A stretch of DNA of 61,779 nt, taken from a virus (Duplodnaviria > Caudoviricetes). The notes beneath the pieces are model-generated. The model was not told where the DNA came from, did not search any database, and saw only the letters and a program-made list of their open reading frames with translations. Shown here one piece after another: positions 45,057 through 54,109 of the stretch; position 1 is the stretch's first letter, and every line of letters begins with the position of its first letter. The position numbers and the translations under genes are program-made. The DNA lies in the IMG/VR virus record IMGVR_UViG_3300025030_000017, positions 1 to 61,779 of that record; one strand, written 5' to 3'.

Positions 45057-45681
45057 CGAAATCATCGAGATTTTTCCATCGACCATCGAGACTCCGACCA
45101 TCAAGCGTAAGAAGCTCAGCAAGAAATCCCTTGCCAAGCGTCAGAAGCAGAAGGAAGAACAGGGCTTTACGGGGCAAGAGATCAACATTGTGAAAGCGCA
45201 TCTCTTCAATCCTGACGCGACACGGCTGGAAAAAGCCAAAGCAGCGGGTCTTATAGGCAAAGATGCGACGATAGCGAATAAGGTGACAACGACTCTTGAA
45301 AAGGTAAAGGAAAAGACTAGCAACAACCTCCGTCTACAGGAACTCCTTGCTCTTAAAAACGCGGGGGTCGAGAAGATTGCTACGGTTGTAGCCGACGCGA
45401 TGAATGCTGAACAGGCGTTCAGAGGGCGGGAAACGACGATTGAAGACGGCAAACTGGTGACGAAGGAAGTCATCAAGATGTATCCCGACCATCGAGCGAG
45501 AATGGACGCGGCAAAGTTTGCTGCGGAGGCGCAACAGGCGATGCCGGAGAAGAAGGTTGTCATCGAAGAGTTCAAGTACGAGCAGAAAGTCCAGCTTATC
45601 GCAGAGGTCAAGGCGAATCCGAGCATGTTGGCGGATCTTCAGAAGATGCTTGAGATGAAACAACAGGGGGCTGGAGAATGA
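45049..45681 (+). CDS. Putative terminase small subunit
   Basis: Basic helical protein upstream of TerL; AKAAG and PDHRARMDAA motifs. Confidence 0.6.
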   Translation: MSDEIIEIFPSTIETPTIKRKKLSKKSLAKRQKQKEEQGFTGQEINIVKAHLFNPDATRLEKAKAAGLIGKDATIANKVTTTLEKVKEKTSNNLRLQELLALKNAGVEKIATVVADAMNAEQAFRGRETTIEDGKLVTKEVIKMYPDHRARMDAAKFAAEAQQAMPEKKVVIEEFKYEQKVQLIAEVKANPSMLADLQKMLEMKQQGAGE

Positions 45682-45851
45682 ATTATATCTTTCTAGTCGG
45701 TTTGATATTGTTGCAAGCAGGTTTGATTGTGTTGCAAGTTGTTTTAATAAGAAGAGAACCAACTGATTTTATAGTTGGATTTGGCGTATTCAATATAATT
45801 ATCAACGTGGTGTTTGGTATCATGAATATCATAAATCTTTTCAGGTTGTAA
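45678..45851 (+). CDS. 57-aa two-TM membrane protein between TerS and TerL
   Basis: MNYIFLVGLILLQAGLIVLQVVLIRREPTDFIVGFGVFNIIINVVFGIMNII; GGAG RBS; AT-rich. Confidence 0.6.
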   Translation: MNYIFLVGLILLQAGLIVLQVVLIRREPTDFIVGFGVFNIIINVVFGIMNIINLFRL

Positions 45852-45852
45852 C

Positions 45853-47598
45853 ATGACTAACGCCCTTCAACAATTCGAAGACCTCAGTGCCGATCAGATA
45901 GCGGAGTTGATCGCTGACTTGAAGATGTCCGTGGATTTTGAGGAATACGCCAGGACGAAGCTCAAGGTGCAGCCAAGGGAGGGAGGCGGCTTTGAGCGTT
46001 TCATACTTAACGGTCCACAACGACTTTATGAAAAGATTGAAAGAAAAATCATAGCCAAAGGCCGTTTGGTCAGAGTGGTTATTTTGAAAGGCAGGCGGCA
46101 GGGCATAACAACGCTTTTTTCTGGGAAAAATTACCAGCATGTTACGAGCAATCCAAGCACATATTGCATGCAAATTACACACGAACCTGCTGCGAGTGAG
46201 TTCATTTTCAAGATGGTCAAACGCTTCCACAACAATATCCCGGCAAAAGAAAGGCCAGATGTCCTCGCCAACAATGCCCGTCTTTTAGAGTTCAACAACG
46301 CACAAGGAACGGGCCTTGATTCTGCTTTTCGTGTTGCGACTGGCGGTAAAGATGATGTTGGTTCAGGGCAAGCAGTGCATCGACTGCATATATCTGATGC
46401 CTTTAAACTGCCCCGCGAAAATGCAGAAGGTCTGATTAAGGCTGTACTGCCATGCGTACCTCCCGAACCAGGTACAGAAGTAGTGATTGAAGGCACAGCA
46501 GACGGCGTTGGGGGGGAAGTATACCGAAGATTTTGGGGGTGCCGCTTTAGGTATTTTGTGAAAAGGCTGGACGATAACGGTGAACCAATGGTCGAAGAGG
46601 AAATCAACGAATCTGCCAATAAGTCAAATAACTACACGGCAGTCTTCTTTCCCTGGTTTATTTTTGAACTCAATAGGATGCTTGTACCTTCTGATTTTGT
46701 TTTAACAGAAGAAGAGATCGAAATAAAAACTCAGTTCAATTTAGATGACGAACAGATGTATTGGCGCAGATACACGATTGATAATGATGCCGATGGCATT
46801 ATTGAGAAATTTAACGAAATGCACCCTTCTACACCAGAAGAGGCGTTTCTTTCAACTGGAGTTCCAGTTTTTGACAACAAAAAGATTGCGGCTTTTAGAG
46901 ATGCAGCAAAACCGCCCAAAGTACGTTATTCGTGTATGCCGTCAACGGGCGTATGGTACGCAAAAGAAGACGGAGAACTCCGTGTGTGGCAAGAACCTAA
47001 AGTCGGAGCATCGTATATCATCAGTGCTGACGTGGCCGAAGGTCTTGAAAGCGGAGATTTCGATTCGGCTGATGTTATAGACCACCGGACAGGCGAACAA
47101 GTGGCCCATCTCCATGGCAAATGGCCTCCCAAGATATATGGTCAAATACTGGTGTCTCTTGGTAGAAGATATAACGTGGCGTATTTAGCCCCTGAGCGCA
47201 ACAACCATGGCCTTACGACTGTCACCGAAATAGTTGACTCCGGATACCCTAGAATCCACATGGAGATGGTCCCTGAACCGCCAGGCAAACCACGTAAACG
47301 GTGGGGATGGGTAACGAGTTCCAAGACAAGAACCGAGATCCTTGACACTCTCAAACTTGAGTGTATCGAAGGGACTCACGGCATAAATTGCGCCGAAACA
47401 TTCAGCGAAATGCTTGGCTTCAAAAAGTGTGGATCGAAAGAAGAAGCTGAACAAGGTTGGCACGATGATAGAGTTATTTCCATAGCCATTGGCAAGTATT
47501 TACGCCTAAAGGTCCCAATCCCTCAACGTCCGAAACCATCTCATATTAAAGAAGGTAGAAGTTCAGGTGGTAATAGGGGGGGGTGGGGGGGTGTATGA
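45853..47598 (+). CDS. terL: Terminase large subunit
   Basis: ILKGRRQGITT Walker A, IEGTADG, ISADVAEG..GDFD, PERNNHG, HDDRVIS nuclease motifs. Confidence 0.95.
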   Translation: MTNALQQFEDLSADQIAELIADLKMSVDFEEYARTKLKVQPREGGGFERFILNGPQRLYEKIERKIIAKGRLVRVVILKGRRQGITTLFSGKNYQHVTSNPSTYCMQITHEPAASEFIFKMVKRFHNNIPAKERPDVLANNARLLEFNNAQGTGLDSAFRVATGGKDDVGSGQAVHRLHISDAFKLPRENAEGLIKAVLPCVPPEPGTEVVIEGTADGVGGEVYRRFWGCRFRYFVKRLDDNGEPMVEEEINESANKSNNYTAVFFPWFIFELNRMLVPSDFVLTEEEIEIKTQFNLDDEQMYWRRYTIDNDADGIIEKFNEMHPSTPEEAFLSTGVPVFDNKKIAAFRDAAKPPKVRYSCMPSTGVWYAKEDGELRVWQEPKVGASYIISADVAEGLESGDFDSADVIDHRTGEQVAHLHGKWPPKIYGQILVSLGRRYNVAYLAPERNNHGLTTVTEIVDSGYPRIHMEMVPEPPGKPRKRWGWVTSSKTRTEILDTLKLECIEGTHGINCAETFSEMLGFKKCGSKEEAEQGWHDDRVISIAIGKYLRLKVPIPQRPKPSHIKEGRSSGGNRGGWGGV

Positions 47599-47604
47599 AA
47601 TTAG

Positions 47605-47633
47605 CTTGACTTTTGATTAGTCGTTACGTATAG
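47605..47633 (+). promoter_or_regulatory. Sigma70 promoter
   Basis: TTGACT-17-TATAGT upstream of RHH copy 2. Confidence 0.75.
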
Positions 47634-47673
47634 TGCGCTTGTGAATTACATCTGCCCACAAAGGAGCAAGCGC

Positions 47674-47808
47674 ATGAACCAAACAATTAGCCTGCCAAAG
47701 AACTACACCGACAAGCTAAAACAAGAAAAAGCATCTACCGGACAAACCATGTCAGAAATTATCAGACGCGCCCTGGATCTCTATTTCGAGAAAAGGGAGC
47801 GCGGCTAA
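47674..47808 (+). CDS. 44-aa ribbon-helix-helix regulator, copy 2
   Basis: AAGGAG RBS; MNQTISLPKNYTDKLKQEKASTGQTMSEIIRRALDLYF. Confidence 0.82.
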   Translation: MNQTISLPKNYTDKLKQEKASTGQTMSEIIRRALDLYFEKRERG

Positions 47809-48349
47809 TGTCTGACATCCCTTATGGTTATTGTCATTGCGGCTGCGGTATGAAAACGACTGTAGCCGGGCCAGAAATGGGCAGGTTAAGGGAGAGCCTA
47901 TGAGGTATATCCATAGCCATCATCCCAAAGTGCCACTAGAAGTAAGGTTTTGGAGCAAAGTCAATAAAACCGATACGTGTTGGGAATGGACTGGATATAA
48001 AGATCGTTATGGCATTTTTGGGATTGAAGGCAAAAATCTAAAAGCTCATAGAGTGTCTTGGGAAATTACTTTTGGGCCAGTACCGGAAGGCTTACACGTA
48101 CTGCACAAGTGCGACAATCCCGGCTGTGTGAAACCAGACCATCTTTTCCTTGGCACTCATACCGATAACATGAGGGATATGGTTGTGAAAGGTCGCGGAG
48201 GTCGCGCTAAATTGACGTTGGATGAAGTTCGAGAGATACGCAGGATAGGGCGCTCTGTAAAATCAAAGGTGATTGGAGCACAATACGGACTGTCTGAGTC
48301 TCAAGTATGCGCCATTCTCAGAAATGACCAGTGGGCTGCGTTGCAATGA
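47808..48349 (+). CDS. HNH endonuclease, split into 47808..47903 and 47900..48349
   Basis: GYCHCGCG in the first frame; RFWSKV..CWEWTG, AHRVSW, VLHKCDNPGCVKPDHLFLGT..DN in the second. Confidence 0.8.
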
Positions 48350-48612
48350 ACATCTATGGATACCAAACAGTCAAGCCGATGACAAAAGAAGAACTTAAAC
48401 GCAAATGGCCCACGTCTCAAAACACGCTGCACATCCCGCTCCACGACTTCATGAAACTCCCCTGCGAGACACCGGAAGCGTTAATCACGACGCTGAAGAT
48501 GCAGATGAGGTTGCATGGGGTGGACTTAGAGCATCATGACGGGCTAAGAATCGACATCGACTTCAGTGGAAACGTGGTGCGGGTCAAGCCAGAATGGGAT
48601 TTGCCGTTTTGA
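48346..48612 (+). CDS. Hypothetical protein, paralogous domain to 49314..49889
   Basis: LHIPLHDFMKL...MQMRLHGVD...VRVKP. Confidence 0.7.
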   Translation: MNIYGYQTVKPMTKEELKRKWPTSQNTLHIPLHDFMKLPCETPEALITTLKMQMRLHGVDLEHHDGLRIDIDFSGNVVRVKPEWDLPF

Positions 48613-48878
48613 CGCGCAATCCCTTGAAATGGCATCCGAAGATAGAGCCGGTGCTTGAGTTCAAAGGAGTAGTGTACGTGATTCCTCAAAACTCTAATAG
48701 GTTTGGTCATGCGAGGTATTTTGTGACCGAGGTAGAAGAAGACGTGATGGTAAAGGTTGGCGACATCCCTACCTGGTCAGGCGACTGGCAACGTGCCGCA
48801 TTACGACAGATTGGCGCAACCGACGAAGATATAACCGCAGCGATAGTCTATGCGAGACTTACGGGGGAGACGGTATGA
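48594..48878 (+). CDS. Hypothetical protein with shared C-terminal module
   Basis: TWSGDWQRAALRQIGATDEDITAAIVYARL. Confidence 0.7.
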   Translation: MGFAVLTRNPLKWHPKIEPVLEFKGVVYVIPQNSNRFGHARYFVTEVEEDVMVKVGDIPTWSGDWQRAALRQIGATDEDITAAIVYARLTGETV

Positions 48879-49017
48879 CTGATGATCCTTTCAAAGAAGC
48901 GAACAAAGTTGCAAAAGAATCTTTCTATGAGATATTTGCCGCGCCACTTTCCCCAACAGTTTTCAAGACAGCTTTTGATGATTCGTATTTTGACGATGCA
49001 CAGGAGGAACGTTTGCC

Positions 49018-49317
49018 ATGACTGACTCAAAAACACACGAACGCTGCATCTGTCGCGTCTACATCAGCGCCTCAGACCTTGCGAAAGAAGGAATGCCGTT
49101 GCCTCATGGAGCAGAGATATTGAGGATCATGCCTGTCTCTGATATATGGAATGACGACAGAGGTTTCTTTGACCACGTGATGATCCTGCGTCACGAAGAC
49201 TTGCCGGAAGTACCGATAGGCCAACCTGTCCCGTTGCGAAGGATTGTAGTCGAGGTCAGTGAACGCGAACTCGGCGCTTATACGAAGATGGTTCACAAGA
49301 AAGCGAGGTTTGAATGA
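49018..49317 (+). CDS. Hypothetical protein
   Basis: AGGAGG upstream, 99 aa. Confidence 0.65.
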   Translation: MTDSKTHERCICRVYISASDLAKEGMPLPHGAEILRIMPVSDIWNDDRGFFDHVMILRHEDLPEVPIGQPVPLRRIVVEVSERELGAYTKMVHKKARFE

Positions 49318-49889
49318 CCTACGACAACCGTGATGGCAGGAAGACATTGAAACAAGCGCATGATGAACAGAATGATTCGCCTCTAGGACCATGGCACTCA
49401 ATGCGCGATAAAATACTTGGCATTGGCGCGAAGCCGGAAGATTATATGATTACTGCAACAGAGCATGCGAAGCAACAGGCGCTTGCTGAAGCTACACGCA
49501 AGCAATATGAAGCCTACATGAACCAGTATTCACCGCCGAACTTTGACAGACCTCCCCCGAAACCGACCTCCATCACCATCTCTTTCGAAACCTTCCAGAA
49601 GATGCAGATCGAGTCAGGTAAGGAATTACTCTCTGCGTTGTCTGTGATGATGCGTATGGAGGGGATTGACGTAGCAGAGGCGGATAAGATCACGATTGAG
49701 ATTGGGGATGAGGTTAAGGTTAGTGTGAAGCCGAATATACCGTATGATTGGAAGTATAAGAGTATACACAAGCCGAATAACTACGCTCAATCAATGCTGG
49801 ACTCCTACTATGGGCAAGCAGCACAGCAAATTGCGAATGACATCGACAGACAAATCCTCGACAGCATCAGGAATGAAAATAAAAGTTGA
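49314..49889 (+). CDS. Hypothetical protein
   Basis: 191 aa, coupled; central domain paralogous to 48346..48612. Confidence 0.7.
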   Translation: MTYDNRDGRKTLKQAHDEQNDSPLGPWHSMRDKILGIGAKPEDYMITATEHAKQQALAEATRKQYEAYMNQYSPPNFDRPPPKPTSITISFETFQKMQIESGKELLSALSVMMRMEGIDVAEADKITIEIGDEVKVSVKPNIPYDWKYKSIHKPNNYAQSMLDSYYGQAAQQIANDIDRQILDSIRNENKS

Positions 49890-50330
49890 CAACGAATAAT
49901 CTTTGGGGGTATTTAATCGGCAGACCAAGAGTAAGTGAGTAACAACCTAAAACTAAATAGCTGCACCGGCATTTGCCGTTTAACCCCCTTGGGCGTTACT
50001 TACTTTCTTGGTCGATTGTAAAAGTCTCCCCAAGGGGGTTTCCTTATCCTTACTGTATGCCGTATCAGTGGGGGTTATGGTGCGACGGTGAATAAGCGGG
50101 GATTGGCTAGCACCGACCTAGACGAATCACAGAGGGCGTCAAGGCCACCAAAGTATCGGTGCCGTACCAACGGGTCTGTGAGCGGATAAGCGAGAGGATA
50201 ACTTCGCAGGACACAATGCGCGGTTCTCGTTGATGCCGTAGTTGCCGAACCTACTTTCTAAGCACTTCTATGCTTGGGGGGAAGGGGGGGCTTGACTACG
50301 GCATCACTCAAGGGATTCATCGAGGACATC
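49886..50330 (+). ncRNA. Promoter plus about 400-nt structured leader or ncRNA
   Basis: TTGACA at 49886; 49923-49943 pairs with 49995-50013 inside stem 49982-49993/50029-50040; TGATGCCGTAGT/ACTACGGCATCA long stem. Confidence 0.45.
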
Positions 50331-50332
50331 AA

Positions 50333-50527
50333 ATGACTAAAGAAGGTTTTAAAAGAGTCTTACGTGCAATTCTATATTGGCTTTATCCACAGCAAGGAGC
50401 GATTGACGCTTTACAGAAGAAGGTAAAAGCGCAAGAGGCGCTAATCCAGACGATCAGAGCTAACCGGCAAAGCATTTTGAATGAGAATGCAAAATTGTGG
50501 GCAGAGATAGATAAGCTGAGGGGGTAG
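50333..50527 (+). CDS. Small coiled-coil protein
   Basis: GAGGA RBS. Confidence 0.6.
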   Translation: MTKEGFKRVLRAILYWLYPQQGAIDALQKKVKAQEALIQTIRANRQSILNENAKLWAEIDKLRG

Positions 50528-50533
50528 TTAATT

Positions 50534-50749
50534 ATGAAGGTGGGAGATCGGGTCACTTGGGTACACTGCACTCGTCGCGGGAAAAGCAGAATCCAATTTT
50601 CGTCGCGAGAGGGGAAGATTGAGCGTTTGACCGAAACCAATATTACCGTGAAGTATCGTGGTGAGTTGGTGCATCTCCGTCCTGACAAGGTGCGGCTGAA
50701 AGGGCAGCGGCTCGAACTCACAGAAATGATAATGGGAAAGTGGTCATAA
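50534..50749 (+). CDS. Small basic SH3/KOW-like protein
   Basis: MKVGDRVTW...REGKI. Confidence 0.65.
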   Translation: MKVGDRVTWVHCTRRGKSRIQFSSREGKIERLTETNITVKYRGELVHLRPDKVRLKGQRLELTEMIMGKWS

Positions 50750-50772
50750 CAACTATTCCATCGGAGGCGGAC

Positions 50773-50982
50773 ATGAATTGGAAATGCGAATTTTGCGGCA
50801 AAGATAACGACCCCTTTAAATGTCAGTTTGGGGAAGAATCCGACCTCCTAGAAAGAGCGGCTAAAGCCATTGACAACCTCAAGGGCATGTCTGGGTCTAT
50901 GGCGCGTGTCCAGTATGATAACGGCAAAGGACACGCACGGCTGATAGAAGAGCTTGTTGCTGCAAGTCGAAATAAAACTTGA
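50773..50982 (+). CDS. Hypothetical protein
   Basis: GGAGG RBS; WKCEFCG. Confidence 0.55.
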   Translation: MNWKCEFCGKDNDPFKCQFGEESDLLERAAKAIDNLKGMSGSMARVQYDNGKGHARLIEELVAASRNKT

Positions 50983-51015
50983 CAAATGTCTTCTTTGTGT
51001 GTTTTGGTAATTTTC

Positions 51016-51171
51016 ATGAACAAGCCCTTGTGGTTAATTAATTTGCTAAAGGACTTGAAAAGAGAAGGTGAGATGCCTGTGACGCATACAGGCGAGATTA
51101 TGATTCTTGTCAACGTGTCACAAGGAGGTATTCAGGATGCGAAGGTATCGGTTTCCAAGACTATAAGGTGA
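51016..51171 (+). CDS. Small hypothetical protein preceding the virion operon leader
   Basis: TGEIMILVNVSQGGI; TTGACA promoter-like sequence at 50979. Confidence 0.5.
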   Translation: MNKPLWLINLLKDLKREGEMPVTHTGEIMILVNVSQGGIQDAKVSVSKTIR

Positions 51172-51425
51172 GGGCGCAAGCCCTTTATGTGCGAGGGTTC
51201 CGGTTGGGCGCCCCATAGCGGCAGCACTGACGAGCCGCGTGACCCTTCGGGGTTGAGCCTGTGACCGAAAGGCATAGGAAACCGGTGACTTTGGGGGTAG
51301 AAAGAACCCCCGACAAATAATTTTCGGAATCTTAAAGTCGCCTCCTCGATGGTGGAGGATGATTGAACGAGAGGGCCGGATGGTAATCAAGGGAACTTGA
51401 CGCTATCCGGCCCTTTCTTTTTTGG
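51171..51425 (+). ncRNA. Highly structured RNA leader upstream of the portal gene
   Basis: GCAA, UUCG and GAAA tetraloop hairpins, multiway junction closed by CCGGTT/AACCGG, then a terminator-like stem with U-tail. Confidence 0.55.
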
Positions 51426-51434
51426 AGTAACAAC

Positions 51435-53537
51435 ATGGCACAAGCAATCGACGGCGTATCAAGCATCGGATTTCATAAAATCAGACCTCCAAGCGCCGTC
51501 TTTGCCGAACAAGCCTCCAAGACCCCTGCCCCGCAAGACAACCCTATCATCTCTCCCCTTTCTGGATACATCGCCAAATGTTGGGACGCTGCGAAAATGG
51601 CGAAGCAGCCGATTGAACAGCAGATGCTTAGAAATCTTCGAATGGATAACGGCATCTACGAAGCTGATGTTCTGGCGGCAATCAGGGAAATGGGCGGGTC
51701 TGAAGTCTACGTCCTTTTGACCGCGAAACTCTGTAGAGCGGCGGAAACGTGGATCAACGACATCCTCCGACCGATAGACGACAAGCCGTGGACGATTCAA
51801 CCGACTCCGTTAGCGCAACTCTCTCCTGACCTCGAAGCCGAAATCATGAACGAGACTGAGATGGTTTATCAGGAAGTCTTAGCTCAAATCATGCAGGCTG
51901 GGGAGATGTTCAACCTCTCCGACATCAAGGACGAGATCAGGGAATACGCAACCACGAAACGCGACAAGGCTCTGAGGGAAGTGCAGGAAGAAGCCGTCCG
52001 ACGTTGCGCGAGAATGTCGCAGAAGATAGACGACCAGATGACCGAAGGGGGCTTTCATGATGCACAGTGGGCCTTTGTCTCGGACTTCGTAAGACTCAAG
52101 GCCGGCATCATCAAGGGTCCGGTAATACGCTACACCAAAAAACCTGAATGGGTGCGTAACGGTGCGGATTGGTCAATAAGCGCAGAAGCAAGTTTGCGCC
52201 CTACTTACGAACGAGTCTCCCCGTTTGACCTCTACCCTGCTCCTGATTCGAGAAATCCCGACGACGGTTATTTGATCGAGAGAATCCCCCTGACTCGCAA
52301 AGGTCTGTGGGAGATGATCGGCGTCCCTGGCTACTCGGAAGAGAACATCAGGACCGTCATTCGTGAGTACGGCGTTGGAGGAAAGAGAGAACAGCTTTCA
52401 ATCGACTCTCAACGAGCCATGTTCGATTTTGGTTCCACCGATTCCCTTTACAAGTCGGACAAGATGGACGGTCTGGAGTTTTGGGGATCGGTTCCCGGCT
52501 CGATGCTTCTTGATTGGGGCATGAAAGACCTTGACCCTGAAGAAGAGTACGAAATCAATGCCATCATGGTTGGGTCTTACGTCATCAGGGCAATTCTCAA
52601 CCCTGACAAATTAGGCAGGAAACCGTATTCAGTAGACTCCTATCACCGCGTTCCCGGTTCCTTTTGGGGCAAGGGCGTTCCTGAGTTGATGGCAGACGCG
52701 CAGCATCAGGCGAATGTCGCGGGTAGGGCGATTGCCAACAATGCAATGCTTGCTTCAGGACCGATCATCGAAGTCAATACCGATAGGTGTGGTGAGAACG
52801 AGAAGTTACACCCCTGGAAAATCTTTCAGTCAACCAACGCTCAAATGTTGGAAGCCCCCGCCGTCAGAGTCTACAACATTCCTATCGTCGTGCAACAGCT
52901 TCAGGCCGTTTTGGAAGTCTGGTCAACCATCGCAGAAGATCAGACCGGCATTCCCCGGTGGGCCTACGGCAATACCAGCATTGGCGGTGCAGGGTCTACG
53001 TCTTCCGGCCTGTCCATGCTCATGACTTCCGCTTCCCGAAACATCAAGGAAGCAATCGCCCACATTGATCGCGTCTTCTCCGGCTGTGTCTCTCGGACCT
53101 ATGACTTCAACATGCTCTACGACGCCGACGAAAGCATCAAGGGAGATGCGAAAGTCGTGGCAAGGGGTTCCGCAGGGTTCATGGCGAAGGAACAGAAGAC
53201 CGTTCGCACGAACGAGATCCTTGCCGCTACCAACAACCCGATAGACTCGCAAATCATGGGTATACCCGGCAGAGCAAAATTGCTCAAGGTGGCGCTGCAA
53301 GGACTCGATATTCCGGTTGACGACATCATCCCCGATGAAAACGGACTCAAAGAGATCATGGCGAAAATCGAGGAACAGCAGAAGCAGCAACTCCTTCAAT
53401 TGCAGCAGAAAGGTTCCTCCCCGATGGGTGGTTCTCCGACAGGTATGAATGGGCCGTCTCCCGGTCCCGCGCCTCAAACCCTCGACCCTGCGGGGAATCC
53501 TGCGGGTGGGGCTGATATGCAGGGGTTAGCGGCATGA
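51435..53537 (+). CDS. Portal protein
   Basis: 700 aa; GIIKGP, VSPFDLYPAP, FWGKGVPELM, T.SGLSMLM; first gene of the head operon. Confidence 0.88.
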   Translation: MAQAIDGVSSIGFHKIRPPSAVFAEQASKTPAPQDNPIISPLSGYIAKCWDAAKMAKQPIEQQMLRNLRMDNGIYEADVLAAIREMGGSEVYVLLTAKLCRAAETWINDILRPIDDKPWTIQPTPLAQLSPDLEAEIMNETEMVYQEVLAQIMQAGEMFNLSDIKDEIREYATTKRDKALREVQEEAVRRCARMSQKIDDQMTEGGFHDAQWAFVSDFVRLKAGIIKGPVIRYTKKPEWVRNGADWSISAEASLRPTYERVSPFDLYPAPDSRNPDDGYLIERIPLTRKGLWEMIGVPGYSEENIRTVIREYGVGGKREQLSIDSQRAMFDFGSTDSLYKSDKMDGLEFWGSVPGSMLLDWGMKDLDPEEEYEINAIMVGSYVIRAILNPDKLGRKPYSVDSYHRVPGSFWGKGVPELMADAQHQANVAGRAIANNAMLASGPIIEVNTDRCGENEKLHPWKIFQSTNAQMLEAPAVRVYNIPIVVQQLQAVLEVWSTIAEDQTGIPRWAYGNTSIGGAGSTSSGLSMLMTSASRNIKEAIAHIDRVFSGCVSRTYDFNMLYDADESIKGDAKVVARGSAGFMAKEQKTVRTNEILAATNNPIDSQIMGIPGRAKLLKVALQGLDIPVDDIIPDENGLKEIMAKIEEQQKQQLLQLQQKGSSPMGGSPTGMNGPSPGPAPQTLDPAGNPAGGADMQGLAA

Positions 53538-54109
53538 TAATGACCGGCGATAACGAAAACGGGATTCCTGAAGTCGTCAAGGTCGATGCCTTAACAAATG
53601 ACCTGGTGGTTATCACTCAGGACCATCACGGCATCCATCAGAAAATCGCTTTCACGGTGACGCACAAGTTTGTCAACATCGCCTCGGAAGGGACGGCGTT
53701 TCTCTACTTCGTGACTCCGGCAATCGCCAGTGGGCTGGTGCATTTCAAGCCTTCGCTGTTGACCAGTGACGGCCCGAATGTCGATGTCGAGATGTATGAA
53801 GGCGGGACGGTCGCGGCGAATGGTACGGGACTGACTCCGGTCAACAGGCATCGGTACAACCCGGTAGCAAGTGCGATGGTGAGTACCTTTTTTCACACCC
53901 CGACGACGCCGAATCCGACCTTGAAGATCGACTCCGACTTTCTCGGTGGTGGAACGGGAGTCGGCATCAGTAAGACAGGGGCGGGGGCTATTGTCGAAAA
54001 CGAAATTGTTCTCAACCCTGGAACCAAATATTTCATCAAGGTCACTAACAACGGTGCCGCGACAGTCAACGTACATCTCAAGCTGTTCTGGTACGAGGAA
54101 TCATATTGA
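53534..54109 (+). CDS. Beta-rich virion-associated protein
   Basis: HHGIH...EIVLNPGTKY...LFWYE. Confidence 0.6.
   Translation: MIMTGDNENGIPEVVKVDALTNDLVVITQDHHGIHQKIAFTVTHKFVNIASEGTAFLYFVTPAIASGLVHFKPSLLTSDGPNVDVEMYEGGTVAANGTGLTPVNRHRYNPVASAMVSTFFHTPTTPNPTLKIDSDFLGGGTGVGISKTGAGAIVENEIVLNPGTKYFIKVTNNGAATVNVHLKLFWYEESY

Noticed and set aside
50531-50750. Possible degenerate cassette (ATTATGA ... TCATAAC) around 50534..50749; similar ATCTAAC at 18643
   Set aside because: Only R-box-like 7-mers without attC stems; could be chance
51225-51285. Hammerhead ribozyme (CTGACGA ... GAAA)
   Set aside because: Stem II cannot be closed G-C before either GAAA and no matching stem III/NUH was found; CTGACGA sits in a hairpin loop
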